The notes beneath the pieces were generated by a model. It saw only the letters and a list, made by a program, of their open reading frames with translations. It searched no databases and was not told the DNA's origin. A program made the translations under genes and the position numbers. This document shows positions 37,218 through 50,954 of a stretch of 64,000 nt of DNA, piece after piece (within the stretch, counting starts at the first letter, position 1; each line of letters starts with the position of its first letter). This stretch comes from Paecilomyces variotii (lineage: Eukaryota). The DNA lies in the NCBI GenBank assembly GCA_004022145.1, contig RCNU01000001.1. One strand, given 5' to 3'.

Positions 37218-38876
37218 TCATGAAGGCTCCTCCCCTACAATTTCGCTATCGGGTTCGCGGCTTTCTGCCTCTAGGGCGTCCACAGCACGACTAAGCTCTC
37301 GCTCCCCAACAATAACCGTCCCAGCACGGACGGTGCTCAGGAAACTGATCTCAACAGCATCCGCATACGTCTCTGGATCGGGTTCGAGGTGGTGTGATGA
37401 TGGAGGGCTCGTAGTACCGGAAGGATGCGTTCCCGGTTGCGAGGCGCTGCTTGCAACAGCCGATACTGTGGAAGAGGTTCCTGTACTAGGCATGGGAATA
37501 GGCATACTTGCCGCGGGAAGAACTGAATTAGAACTTGTCAAAGAAGAAATAGAAGCATGGCTGTTGCTTAAGTCTTCCCGACTGTGCGTGGCCGCTGCTA
37601 GCCGGCCAGCGAGGCCGCAGACAATACCCGTCGCTTCTAGGGGCAGGTCTCTCAGATCCAGCATAATAGGAACGAGGATGTCTTCTTTTGAGCCAAGCAG
37701 AAGGCTGTTTTCGTCATTTGGTTCGACCTCGGGCACCGGGTCGATGGAAAATCGAGGCAAAAGCCGCTTTTCCAGTAGAAGGGACGCTGCTGGATCAGCG
37801 GTTGTCGACGTCAAGGATAGAAACCGAGGCTTGTCGACCAGTAAAGCTGTGGTGAGCGCAGGCCGTAAGAGAGCAAAAGAGCTAGTGTCGCTAGACCATC
37901 GATGGTGAGCCGCACACTGGACCAAACGCAGGGACTCGTCCACTCGTGGCACGATATTGTGCTTTCGCAAATAGGCAAAGGTCCTGTGCTGCAGTTCAGA
38001 AAGACTTGAGGGGGGAGGGGTGTTCGGTGGTGACCGTGCAACAGGCCCTGGCGGCGAGACAGGAGAGAAGGGACCACCGTACTGAGACTGACTACTGTTG
38101 ACAAACGCTTCTGTGGAAACTTCGAAGGTAAAACCGCGTTTCTCGAGGGCTTGCACAACCTGACCTTTGGAACGCAGAGGGACCAGGATATAGTCTGAGA
38201 AGTATGTCGAGATAAAGAAGATGGAACTGCGGAGAGTCAGTGACCAGATCGATGTTATCCTTCGGGTAGTCACGATTATGACTTACATTCCCGCCATCGC
38301 CAACGGACTAGTCAACTCCAACACACGCTGGCCTGCATCCAGGCCCTGTCCCTCGACTTGCATGACGATGAAATCTTCCTTGCTGATGGAGACTCGACTC
38401 CCACTGGCAGAAGCGGCCTGGTCAAACTGCCTGACGAGCGGCTCGAAATAGAGTTCCGCCAGATGCCTTGCACACACCACAGAGCATTCGACCGGAGTGA
38501 CAGAAAGATTCAAGAATACCGGTTGTGAGACCCTTTTAGCTTCGTCATCTTCGTCTTCGACTTCATTCCGCTCATCCATGGCAGGGACCTCGTGGAAGAT
38601 GAGTTGCAGAAGAGGCTGCACGAAAAACGGATAGAGGTCCAGAGGTATGTGGACCAAGACAAGCCGCTCGTCCTGACACGGTACGAAGTCAGTAAAGTCC
38701 AGCTCGGAATATCCAATGGGTCTGGTTATAGGATCTCATGACCATGGCAGCGCCCGCAGACATTGGACATGACTTAACATGCATACACCCATTTCGCCAA
38801 GGAACACTGGAAAACTTACCATAAGTTGGACTTGAACAGATATGAGGGATAATGGTTGAGCCATCTTGAGATTCAT
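37218..38876 (-). CDS. CASTOR/GATS-like ACT-domain protein (3 exons; start 38876 or 38864)
   Basis: FLNLSVTPVECSVVC, LTSPLAMAGISIFFISTYFSDYILVP and LPLEATGIVCGLAG...ISFLST are CASTOR-type ACT motifs. Confidence 0.85.
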
Positions 38877-41800
38877 TACTGTATCTGAGATGTTCTTGAT
38901 TGGGACCGTCTATGGGCATTCAGATGGCCGCGTCTGGATATAGTTCGATACTGCGAGGGGGATGTCGCACAGGAGAGGAAAGCTGACATTCGGCACAGCA
39001 CAGCAACGGTGAAATTGATATCGGAAAATACCAGAAGCACAATGGTCTGGCAACCGACTAGACGCTAAAGGGCCGTAAAAAAAAGAGGTGTGGAGTTTTA
39101 AAGAGATGCAGGTTGTCGTGGCGAGCGCCCGAGCGAGGTTGGATTCAAATCACCGTCAATAATAGACAGCAAACACTGGCGAACAGGCTGCACAGATGTA
39201 CAGAGCAGGATTCTCCCCAGACAGTGCTGTGCAACTGGAATAGAAACGCTTCGTTCAGGCTTCCGGTGCCTGTATACTCATACTTCCCCAACCGGGCCTT
39301 ACGCCATCACCCGCACCGATGGTATGACGCAGACAGGAACAGCACAACTGACAAGAAAAGGAACAGAGAGGCGAATGACCCAATGCAGATGGTTTATTGA
39401 TCACAGCTGAACATAGACACGGAGACAGGTTCAGAAGGAAATGATTTCCATGGCGTCAGACACGGTACCAAGCACGAGTCGAGTCGAGTATGACTGTATC
39501 ATCCGAAGCTGGCGGCAAAAATACTTGAGGCGGAAAAAGGTGAGTGCGCAATCAGCAAGTAGTTATTACTCCTCTCTGATCAATAATCTTTTCTCGCAAC
39601 AGGTCAATCCCTCTTGAATTTCAACGGGGATCCTTTTTCTCTTCTTCTTGAATCCCGACCGACCTTTTTTGACCGTTGTCTTTTTCACCCGCCTAGTCAA
39701 TGGGCCGAGCGGTTTGCCGCGGGCTTGCTCTCCCCCAGGTTCCACTGCTATCAAGGAGCTTTTGTATCCACTGACAGACCAACGCCACAAGGCAAAAGCG
39801 CCAAGGGCAACCTCGTGCGTCCGAAGAGCGATGCGTAGCGACTCCTCGATCGACTGTGCTGCAGCCACGAGATGGCCGTTGCCGTCAGCGGTGAGAAGTT
39901 ATTATGAATGGTCAGCGTTTGGGATCCGGCAGTTGTAAGGTACTAGTCAACGTGGGAGCGAGATAGGTCTCTATAACAACACGTGTGGCACGGATCTCCA
40001 CGCAGCTTGGACTACAATCAATCGACCATTTATTATTATGTTTTCAGTTGTTAGGCTCCGGCGTTATCGGGACGGCCGCTGACCCAGACAGAAGATGAGT
40101 CCGATCACCAATGACGACGGTCAGCTGCAGTCAACGATAGCAGTGGGGTTTTGGGACAAAGCCATGGAGGAGAAAAACGAAGTGGAGCTGAAGAGAAGGT
40201 TGAAACTCTGAAGAATGACGGCTTCTTCTCCAGAGGGGCGCAGTCTTAAGCTTCGAACGGGCAATTGGAGGCCTTCTTACGGTCACACGGTCGGCACTAT
40301 CAAGATCCAGGCAGCATAATGATCAATCCCGTGGTTACTACTACTGATCACTGGAATGAAAACCAGAGTTTCAAGAGCGCGCATGAGCATGGGAAGAAAG
40401 CAGACAAGATCATCATTCTGGAGACCGTTTTATCGCGGCCAGGGCGCTTACAACTTTTCTCCCTGGAGCATGCTTGTATCTGTCAGAGACACAGGGTCCA
40501 ATATTGATCTCTGTTATTACCCTCCGAGCCCGATCGGATAGCTAGCTAAAGCGTTCCGTCGTCCCCGACAGCGCTTGGAGCAGATCGTCTTGGTCCTAGG
40601 GAGACAACACGGCTCATCCTGAGGACCGCTCGTGCCCACGTAAGTACCAGGCTATTTCTCGGAGGCATGGGCATCTTCAAAAGCATTTGCTGCTAGCGAA
40701 GCTGCCAGCGGGCACGAACGCATGCACAAACCACTTTTTAGTGACGCTTCATCTCGGACGAACTCTAGACGATGTGGAGATCAACCGTCTTGCCATTCCC
40801 TTTCGGGCCTTTTTCGTTCTTTTCGCTCGCTTGAAAATCGTGGTTTATCAGTGCCCTATCTTTCGCTGAGAGCGATAGCACCATCACAGACCACCTCTCG
40901 GCCTGTGCGCCAGTCTGTAGTACTTGATGCTATCTTGTAATAACACCCCTCACTTACACTTATCTCTGAGTTTTCTTCGATTCATTCGGCGTGCGGTTCG
41001 AATAGAGGGGCTCTTTGAGATAGCTCTCATCCGAGAGTTGACCATGAAATCTCTCGAAAAGAATGGGGAAAATTAGAAAAGGCCATCGAAGCAGTGGTAC
41101 CTTGCTGCGGACCTGAGCATAACAATCTGAATTAACTCAAGACTACTGTACAGCGCTACTTCTTACATGCAGGAGATTCCTCTACGACTCCCCTGTCGCA
41201 GCCCCGCTCCGTCAGGCTTCTCGTCGCAATGCTTTTGCTCCTGGCCAGCGGACTAAGCACTCGAGCGCCAAACAAAACCTCGCGATCCCGGTTGATCGAC
41301 GGACAATCCTCGTCTTTCACCGTGTAACTGACCGCGGCGATCGCTCGGGAGAAAACACACTGTCCAGGGGCCTTATTATTATCCAGTGGCGGCCAGCAAA
41401 GTGGCATTGGACGCGTTGAGCAGGCTGGCCACAGGCACGCATGCACCAGCCCCCTCAGATCGAATCTGTCCTCATCTCTCCTATCAACTGATGAACGGGC
41501 TCGGATAGTCGGTTGGTTCGCTACTTGGATCCAGTTGTGAGTGCCGAATAGACTAGTCATCCGGCGTGCTAGGACTACCTCCTTTGATGTGGTCGTTCTC
41601 CATTTGATAGCCAGTAATCCTCTGGACGTATACATAGGATCTAACATAGACCAGGAATGTTCCTGCCTTCGTGGCCGGCTTGAATGAAGCCAGGGGCACT
41701 CAAAACTCCCCGGCGAGTCCGTGCATTTAGTCGATCTCCCCGGGTCTTTCTCCGCATTTCAATTTTTCCCCGTTGCTCTCTCCCGAGTCCACCATGACAA

Positions 41801-43255
41801 ACCCTGCGTCTCTATGCCCTTCGTTTTTTTTCTTTTGTCCCTGTTAGAAACACATGCTGTATTACCCCCGGGTCTCTCTTCGGATGCTACTCCGGGGTAA
41901 TCTGCTCGAGGATATCTGCTAGTCTTCATTATCCAGCCAATGCGTCATTTCAGACACAGAGGCGTGTGATCCATCACAACATGTAAATGTAGAGATGCGG
42001 GGGAAGAAAACGTAGCGCGACTGGGCTTGGGTGGCTCTCCCGAATCTTCCGTGCAGCGGCCCTTTTTCCTTGTTCCCAGGGAGAAGAAGAAAAAGACGAG
42101 CAAGGAAAGGAAAGGAAACGAATGGAAGGAAAGAGACCGTCTCCAAGATAGAGCTAGTTACTACTTACTAGGGCATAAGCTTCCAATTCGCTCTATACCT
42201 ACTACTACCATAGATAGTAGTATCACAATCATATGGACATCCCGGTGCAGTGCCGGTATAGTTAAGTTCTCCGCAAAATGGACTTGCTTTTTCTCGGCTC
42301 TTAGACCGACATTTGACGTGATCGTCATCTTATCTCTGTCAGGTGTCTTATGTGTCTAGCAAGTGTGGGGAATGTCTGCGATCTCTGCCCTCGTGCTCTC
42401 TTCCCTCTAACGTATCGTAGAGCTCTCATAGAAGAAGAAGAAGTCCCTGCAGTTCGGGCAACGTCATCATCATATATGAAAAAAACAAGTCAACCACAAA
42501 TGATGAGGTAAGCGTAAATATGATAACTAGTTAGATTATTGTTATTTTTGGTACTGTCGTCTTAGCAGTAGGTCATCTCAATAGAGATTGGGTATGAATA
42601 TTTTAATCGCAGGGGAAAAAGAGCATTTAAAATTGGAAGTAAGTTGGACTAGTTCATGAGTTACATATACTTAGTGAAATAGTAAATAAAAAGGGGGAAA
42701 GCTATTAATATGGTTTTAGGGGGAATGTTGTAAAACAAGTCATTTGTATGATGAAAATCTTCAAAAGCTTTAGTCAAATCGCTGCATGTTGTGAATAAAG
42801 CCAAAGAGGCGCAGTTTATTCAAATACAAGTTGCACTTTCGGTGCTGATAAATAATCACACTCGCTTTCATTTGCACAAAATAGATTAGCAGAGCCTTAA
42901 AAGAGAGAGGAAAATCGTCATGAGTTCCACATGGCTATCTTTTTGCTAGTCTGACTTCAATTGACATATCACCTCAAGGGTGGTTCACTGCCATACCATA
43001 CATGCGGACGTTTCGACTTTCGAGAACGTCTCTAATATCGAGAATGAAAAGTAAGATCCGAGCCCTTCCAGATAACGCCCGCAATGCATTAAACTGTACT
43101 TGTCCCCAGTGACACGAGAAAATAAAAACGGTAAGTTGAGTAGAAGAGAAGTTGTGCTTTGCATCTCTTCCCAGATAAGGAGGCGCTGTGATTCTTTTTC
43201 AAAACAAGGAAAATGAAACAAGATAAGGTGGCATCTTATCACATGAGGTCCGAGG

Positions 43256-45156
43256 TTAGTCCGCCTCTTCCATTCTCGCGCGCTTAGACCCGCGATCTTC
43301 GTGGTCAGCTTCCTGGAGACCGTATCGCTTCTGGCCGGCTCCGCCGCTCGTAACGTCGGCGATCATGCTGTCGATACCGAAAGGATCGGTCGTATCCTTC
43401 TCGAATTGAACGGGGCCTTCACGAGCCTGAAATGATAGTTAGTTGGCGGTTCCACAAATGGAGGGTGATATGATAAGTCACAAGATCCAGAATAGGATGA
43501 TTCTTACCTCAGCGTCAGCCGTCCCTTTGAATCCTTCCTTGGCACGGCCCAGCACTTCGAACCGGCTGCTCTTTTGAATCTTGCCCATCTCACCAGCTGC
43601 TGCTTCTTCGTCATCGACGTCATCTACCTGAGCTCGCGGGCGGTAGATACTGTTGATGGCGTCCTGTGCGGCGAACAGTGGCTTATCGTACGGGTTATCC
43701 TCGTTGAACCCAGAATCCAGTCCGCTCGTCTGGTTGAACAGTCTAGAATCGTACATGGTCTCGGAGCTTTGGGTCGGCTTTGCCATTCCCAGCGCGACCT
43801 TTTCAGAGATATCACGATTCTGTTCTCGAGCCATCATCTGGATCCTCCGTTCCGTACCCATACGTGACTGGCGGAGTTGACGCTCTGCCTCTTGGCGCCT
43901 CTCACGACGGGCGCGCTCACGCTCTCGAGCAGCTTCTTCTTCGTCATCACTAGGCGAGACAGACCTCGACGGGCTTCTGCTGGCGGTGACAGAGCGAGAA
44001 CGAGCTCTAGAGTCGCGCCGGCTCGAGGCAGCAGCCGCTCGTTCTTCGCGCGCCTTCTGCGCGAGCATACGGAGATGCTCTTCCTTCTGTGCCTTCTCCT
44101 TTTCAGCAAGTTTCTGCTGCATGAGGGCACGTTGCTTGACTTCCTCTCTCGCGTGTCGATCAGCAGTAAACAGTGCTTCGGCAAATTGGGCGAATTTATC
44201 ATTGATAGTGGTGTCCTGCAGACCACGTCCATCTGCAGCCAGACGCTTGTCAAGCGGCACCGTGTAACCCTTGGGATTCTTCCAGTTGGAAACGGGTGGA
44301 GGAATCCTCCACGCTTCCTGATCCTCGGCCGTAAGCTTCCTGGGAGGTGAGTGCATAATGGGAGGCGGTGGTGACGGCGGTCCACGGGGGATCTTCTTGT
44401 GCTTGAACTTGGGCGGCTCCATGGGATCCTGCTGCCTTTCGACAATCTTCATGATGCGATCATTCTTCTTGCTTGTATCTCCCATCTGGTTCGCGGGAGT
44501 GTATCGGACAAACGTAGGCTCTGCTCTTTGTCCGCCCTTCACGTTCTTCGGCTTCTGCGAAGCCACGGCCCCCGAAACCAAGTTTGCCAATGCATTCTTC
44601 GTCTTCTCCATCTGTGCCTGAACTTCCTCCTCTGACGGTCGATCTAACGAAATCTCGCCCATATCGACCCTCTGGCGCAGCGGAATGAGATCCTTAAAGG
44701 AGGCATGGACGATGCGATTTTCACTGTGACCGCGGCGGGCGATAGCATCGTACTTGACTTTTCCTTCCGCATCGACCTGCACAGCCAAAGCATTGGACGT
44801 AGATGATGTGCCCTTGCGACCCATATCAAGAGGATACTGAGCAACCAAAATCTCAGGGAACGCGCCACCATCGCCAAAGTCTTCTGGGGCTCGAGGTCGC
44901 CATCCTGCGCGGTTTCCGTACGGCGGCGGTCCGGCTCTCTGTAAAGGAAAACACACGTTAGACACTATCCACTGGAGATATACCTCCAGGTATCACGGAT
45001 ATAACTCACCCTTACAACAACTTGCGTCTCGTCAAGTTGACCAGCGCCGAGAACCCGCGGCCCGCGCGGCTGGGCGTGAGGCGGCAACTCCTCATCCTCG
45101 CCGGTGTATTTAGGCTTGGGCAATGACTTGAAGAGACCGGCTGCGATGGAAGTCAT
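43256..45156 (-). CDS. PRP45: Pre-mRNA splicing factor Prp45/SNW1 (SKIP); 3 exons
   Basis: DFGDGGAFPEILVAQYPLDMG, DPMEPPKFKHKK, SPPPPIMHSPPRKLT, SNWKNPKGYTVPLDKRLAADGRGL, last exon REGPVQFEKD. Confidence 0.97.
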
Positions 45157-46021
45157 TGTCGACCAGTGACGGGGAGTTGGGATAGGTGGTGTTGAAAGAT
45201 CGTTGATAGATCGAGTGGCCCAGATGCGCGCAAGTTCAACTTCTGTCGATGGCGCGGAGCACTGCATTTGTGGTTACTGTGGGTTGCCGTAGCGATGATG
45301 AAAGGATCCACCGAGCATCAACTTGGAGTATTTCAATCAGTGAATCAACAATTATTTATGCCTACATCAAAGGGAATAGACAGATGACAGTTATTCGAGC
45401 GTATTAGATAACAATTTTATCGAAACGCTCACAACTAGCGTTCTCGAAAGCTCCATATGCTATCTATCTTGTCTTTACATTCCCTTCATTTACATCTACA
45501 TACCACAGTCACCACTCGAAAAGGGTGCAATATGCGACCTCTGACTCAAAGATTACTATTCTGATAGGAAAATAGAAGCGAGATTGTTCTTGTCAATTGA
45601 CTAATATTATGCGCCTTATGGACAACAACTGCAATTATGCAGATCCTGCACAACAGAGCAACCTAACTAGTAACTAGGCCTTGAAGCATCATCATCCAAA
45701 TTCACATATTGGGCAATAGCATACTATCATAAACCAAAGCATATGTGCTGTCACGAAAACAAGTAACAGACCAGAGCCTTCATTCACCGGTAGCCTTCAC
45801 TGAGTATTATTAGGAAAACAAGCTAAATATGAGCAGGTCAGGCCAAGATGAACCACGGCGTAGGGACCTTTGCTATGTGATTCCTGGAGAGGATAGTAGC
45901 TTATGTCTGTAGCATCTTGAGTGTGGGAGATAAAAGTCAGTTACGGATTCTAATTATCTGCATAATAGGTAAGAGGCCTAGCATACCAGAGCATAGACAA
46001 ATATCTCATCCGCCGAACGAC

Positions 46022-46728
46022 TCAATTGGCAGCAGGAGCTTCAGCGCGCACAAAGTAAGGATATCCAGCGTTGGCATAAGCCCAACGACCCGGCTGACAA
46101 TTTTCCATGATATCGTTCGTGGTACGCAGGGTAAAGGAGCCGTCGAGTTCACGAACCCACCACTGCTGTCCGTCGGCAGCCTCGTAAGGGATCAACTGAG
46201 CTGGCTTGGTGGCTCCAACCTTTTCCGCGATCTTAGCGTTCTGCTCCTCGACATCTTTCTTTGTAGGGCCGCGCCATGGCGTGCTGCCGTCTTCGAGGGT
46301 GGGAGGCTGCGGCGGAGCCAGAGGACCGGTCATGGTAGGGTAGTAGAGGACCCCGGGCTCTGCGTAGACTGGCATTCTCGGGACCTAAAAGTGATGTAAG
46401 TAACGAGTTTCTTCTACTCTCAAAGTATCAGATGAAATACATCACAAGGCGCAGGCATATAGGTCACGGGAGCCATCATCATTCCCATAGGGGAACATAA
46501 AGGGGCAACCATGAAGGGAGCAGCGCATGGATGCTGCAGCGTCTGGGGTGGAAGATAGGTGAAAGTCATAGGAGTCTTTGGAGGCTCTGGATTTGGTTCC
46601 TTTGGAGCCGCCTGGGGAGGGACGTATGTGTAGGTCACTGGTTCCTTATGCGGTTCCTCCTTAGGGGCTGGTGTGGAAGACATTTTCGAGGGATCCTCTG
46701 TGCCATACTGGTAAAAGTCGGGAGGCAT
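46022..46728 (-). CDS. Hypothetical Pro-rich protein with compact Trp/Tyr-rich C-terminal domain (2 exons)
   Basis: Intron ~46440-46385 (gtattt...ttttag) joins two ORFs in frame; C-terminus WWVRELDGSFTLRTTNDIMENCQPGRWAYANAGYPYFVR looks like a folded domain. Confidence 0.7.
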
Positions 46729-47740
46729 AATGGAGGACACAATGATATTGAGGTGAACCTAGAAAAAGGCCACTGCCAATCTTTGATGTGGAAAGGCGTA
46801 AAGCACAAGGAGGAGATACAGACAGGAAGGTGAGCGTTACGTGCCAGGGGACAGTTGCTGGAGCAGTGAAGGGAGGGAAAGTTCGTTTTCAATGCGGGGT
46901 TGTCAACAGAGACAGGGACAAAGAAAAAATAAGATCTGAAAACAAAGTGGACATGAGAGAATTGTGATGTGAATGAAGATAGATCAATGAACCAGATTAT
47001 TGTAGACTTACATTTACCGGGTAGAACACATCACCTTCTTGAACGACATACCAATCGGGCTTTTCTTTCTTTTCTGGCTTTTTAGGAGGACCTTCGACGT
47101 TGTATTCGCGAAATGGCCAGCAGAAACACATCCTGGCTTTATGAAGTCAGATGAAAGTGGCGACAGTAGGCGAAGCTCTTGCTACATCAAACGATGTGGG
47201 ATTGGACCAGAAAGTATCTGCTAAGTTGAAGCAAAGATGTGAGGAAATTAACCGACCCATCACCCAAGTGAAGTATTTGCATATTGCCTCTTCTCACCGG
47301 GCATAGACGCGCTTGACGCGACACAGAACAAAAGCATGAAAGCACACCGCTTACTATCAGGTTACACAAGACTGACTGCGGTGGGTAAAAGTAAAATCCT
47401 GAGGATGCAGAGTGAAAGGAGTATATGTTTCTCTAGCGAGTTATATGACTCTAGATGATCAATATATCTGCAATAAATAGGGAGATAGGATCGTGACAAT
47501 ATGTAAACATACATGATTACTGCATAGGGGATATAGGGTGGAGAGTGGCACTAAGACATCTTTGCATCCGACGTTTTCAAACTGCAGAGACAGGTCCAGA
47601 CTCGAGTATCAAGACAGCAGTACCGCTCTCTAGACCTAGCGAGTCTGGATGACACAGATTTCATCGGACGGACGACTTAGCTCGAACGCTATCCTCAAGA
47701 CTCGCATGATTCATGGACGTATATGTGGTGACGACTACTC

Positions 47741-50374
47741 TCAGCCCGAGATTAGATGGGAACGCATAGGGCAGGTGATTCCTTCCGAGTCGCCAGCCTC
47801 CACTATATGTTCTTTGCCCCCGAATCTGTACCAGATCTTCAGCTTTTTAGGCCTGAGCGGAGCTGGGTCATAGAAACCAATCATTTGAAACTATACAGTT
47901 GTTAGTGTTTGAAATCGACAGCTGGAGAAGTGGGATTTACCTTGATGACTTCACGCGGTATTATGAGTTGACCATGGTCAACTAATGCTGCCACAGGAAT
48001 GGTGACATCTATAACCTTGCTCTCTCCAGCATCGCCCTTCTTTTTCTTATCTCGAGATGGATAATAACCGTATTCCGCTTTTGTAATCACCAGACCACCA
48101 TTCTCCTCTTCTCGGGCCTGTCTTCTCAATACCTGTTCAGACATGAGATCGATAGCTTGCTGGCTTTCTACCCGTCTCTTGGCAATTTGTTTCTCTAACT
48201 GCCGCTGTCGCTTGGCCAGTTCCAGTCGTCTCCTCTTCCGTTCCCGTGGGCGGATGAATCCAAATTCAACACCGCAATATGTAGCCCAGGGGAGAATGAC
48301 TGCAAGGGCCGCGATTTCCGCACTGACAAGAGGCAGAGGACAGATAGCTATAGGAAGCTTAATCTTTTGACCCAATCGGTTCCACGACACACTCACGACA
48401 AGTCCTTTGTTCCCTTGCAATCCGACACCGAGTCCCATGCGTGTGAAATCAGAGACTTGTCTAGTTCCAGAAATGTGCCAGCCGAGAGAAAGATCGATTC
48501 CAACAGTGGTTTGTATCTCCAACCGTACAGGTCGGGCATCATGGTTTTGTGATATGGGATGATAGCCTTCTGTGCTCCACTCCGAGCGCAGTTTCTCGTC
48601 ACCTTTGTGTGAGAAGAGGTTCCGCCCGTAGACGACAGATAGACCTCCCCCTTGCGGCGAAGCGTCCACCTGAAGTTGCCAGGATTCAGCCGCTCCCACT
48701 TCACGTTTTCTAGTAGCTGGCGCGTCGATATCATCTTCGTCTTCGTCTTCCTCATCCTCTATTGCGCCTGATTTCCTGGGAGCTGATATGTAACCAATTT
48801 CAACCTTGCTTGTCTGGGCTGGCCTCGACAGCACATCGTCCAACGGTACGCCGAGATCAACAATCGGTTCCAGCAATTCTCGGATGACTGTCGGCCAGTC
48901 CAGAGTCCCGCTTGACCAGGAGCAATATACGGTCCGCCCCACGTCCAGTTCACGGGTAACTTGCAATCCGATCACCGGCAAAGACTGAAAGATTGACCTG
49001 AAGAAGCCAGTTCGAAAAGTGAAGATCAATGGCTTCGTTCCGGGAAATGGTGAGATGGCTTTGGCAACAACAGCCTCCACTGTCGGAAAAGGCAAGACGA
49101 GACCAGTGATGCTAGCATCTGCTCCTTCAAGAAAGGACAATGGCAGCTTTCCAAAAAGTCCCTTGGTAGATGCAACGTTCCGGAATCCATGGTTAATAGA
49201 CGCTCCAAGTGACATATTTTGAGCTACCAGAATCAGCGGCATGGCAACCTATGCAGAGTTAGTATCCCAACACCCATTAGGGGTCAAGCCGACACATACG
49301 CGTTTGACCTCCTCTGTTCCGTCTGGATACAGAAACCTCGCTTCTCGCATGGGGGTCTGCAGTTTGCCGCCAATACTTGCACTGAAGGTCACCTCGCTCT
49401 GTATTGCTTGCTTCGAGGGGTCATCGTCTTTCTCTGACTCGTCTGTTTCGCTTTCGGCCCCTTCGTCCGTCTTTCCCCACAACTCTTTGAATGACGGAAG
49501 AGGCGTTCGAAAGCTATATCCTATAGCATATGATGACGGTCGCAGCGTGGGCAACTGTATATAGACATAGTCCTCCTCCTCATCCGCTGATATCATGGAA
49601 GTAGCGTCGATAGCCAGTGATATCGATCCCTTCAAGAGCAAAATCAGCCATATTTTCTTCTCTCGTTGAACGCTATATCGAAACTACAAGCAGCACCAGA
49701 AATCGTGCACATTTCTCCATCCTCGAAACAACACAGTTGACTCTACAAGGCATAAAAGAACATGCTCTTGTAAAGTATGGAAGAAAAAAATGCGCGTACA
49801 CTGGGCTACGCACCTTGCTCTGAACCAGGCTATCAAGCACCTTCCTCTCACGCGCCTTCATTGTATCCAAGAACCATCGACGGAATTCCTCAGGACTGAG
49901 AGCCTTGACTCCCACCTGCTGCTGCTCTGCCACACCACCTTTGCCCATAGCGCCGCCTGCACTCCATTCTCTCCGAACACCTTCGGCTCCCAGAAGGTCA
50001 TATACTGTCCGCTTCTTCGGGTCGATGAGTGTATCGTAGGCCTCCCGAATCTTCTCAAACTGCTGCTTTGCTGCTTCGCGGAGATGTGCAGGTTGTTTAT
50101 CCGGGTGAAAGCTCAATGTTAGACTGCGGTATGCAGACCGAATATCAGCGTCCGTCGGAGGAGGCGTCCGGGAAAGTCCCAGTAGACTGTAGTAGTCGAC
50201 ATCGTCTGGGTACTCCATCAACCGATCATAATCCACATCCGAGATAGAATCGCGGTCGTTGTTCGCATCTATGCGACCATTCAAATCTCGCCTTGAGTTT
50301 CCCAGAGCATCTTGGGACCGCGAGAAGCCATTGGCAGCACCGCGGTCTTCGCCATGGTCAGGAAACCGCGGCAT
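47741..50374 (-). CDS. DnaJ protein, DNAJC11 family (J domain plus DUF3395-type C-terminus); 4 exons
   Basis: DYYSLLGL...HPDKQ...YDLLG J-domain; GLVITKAEYG, IDVTIPVAALV and last exon IGFYDPAP...KKLKIWYRF. Confidence 0.92.
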
Positions 50375-50954
50375 CCCTATCTCTTTGTCTATCGTGAACT
50401 TTTGCCGGCAGTCAGCTCCAGTATTAGTACTCAGCTTTCCATTTTCCGACTCTCAATGGCATATATGCCGTCGTGTATTGTTGAGGTAAATAATGCGAGG
50501 AGAATTCCTTAACAGCATTGCGGGAAATGCGCTTTTTGCATTCAGGCGATGACGTCGGAAAAAGGTCGGCGCCGTGGAAGCTTCCGGGCGGAAGTTTGCG
50601 GGGAGACAAGACGCGTTCTATTATTTATTCGATCTATGGCATTCGAAATGATAATATTTAATAATAATCTTTCACTGACACAGCAGCATACTGCCTACGT
50701 GAGACAGCATTCCTGAATGGTATTGTCTACACCCCTGCAAGCGCCACCACGATGCACGGCGCATTGTTCCTGCTGCAGCCTAATCCTTAAAAGTACTTAT
50801 CTAGCTTCATCACCCCGGACAAAAGTACCTGTTGGCTTCTCCATCGGTCTTGCGTTTATTCTAGCATTATTCAGATATTACTATGTTCTATTCATGTCGA
50901 TGTATTTGAAAATACTTTGAAATTAGCCAACGCCTTAGTCTAAGCAAAACAATC

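Noticed and set aside
37138-37908. 256-aa ORF antisense to the CASTOR-like gene (similar shadows at 32144-32701 over the septin and 7309-8212 over CTK1)
   Set aside because: Fully explained as antisense frames of real genes with biased or low-complexity codons.
41156-41647. 163-aa minus-strand ORF in the large intergenic gap
   Set aside because: Random-like composition, no domain motifs and no supporting splice structure.
42480-42960. AT-rich stretch considered as a RIP-degraded transposon relic (also 14540-14830)
   Set aside because: No terminal repeats, target-site duplication or transposase remnants visible; consistent with ordinary terminator/intergenic DNA.
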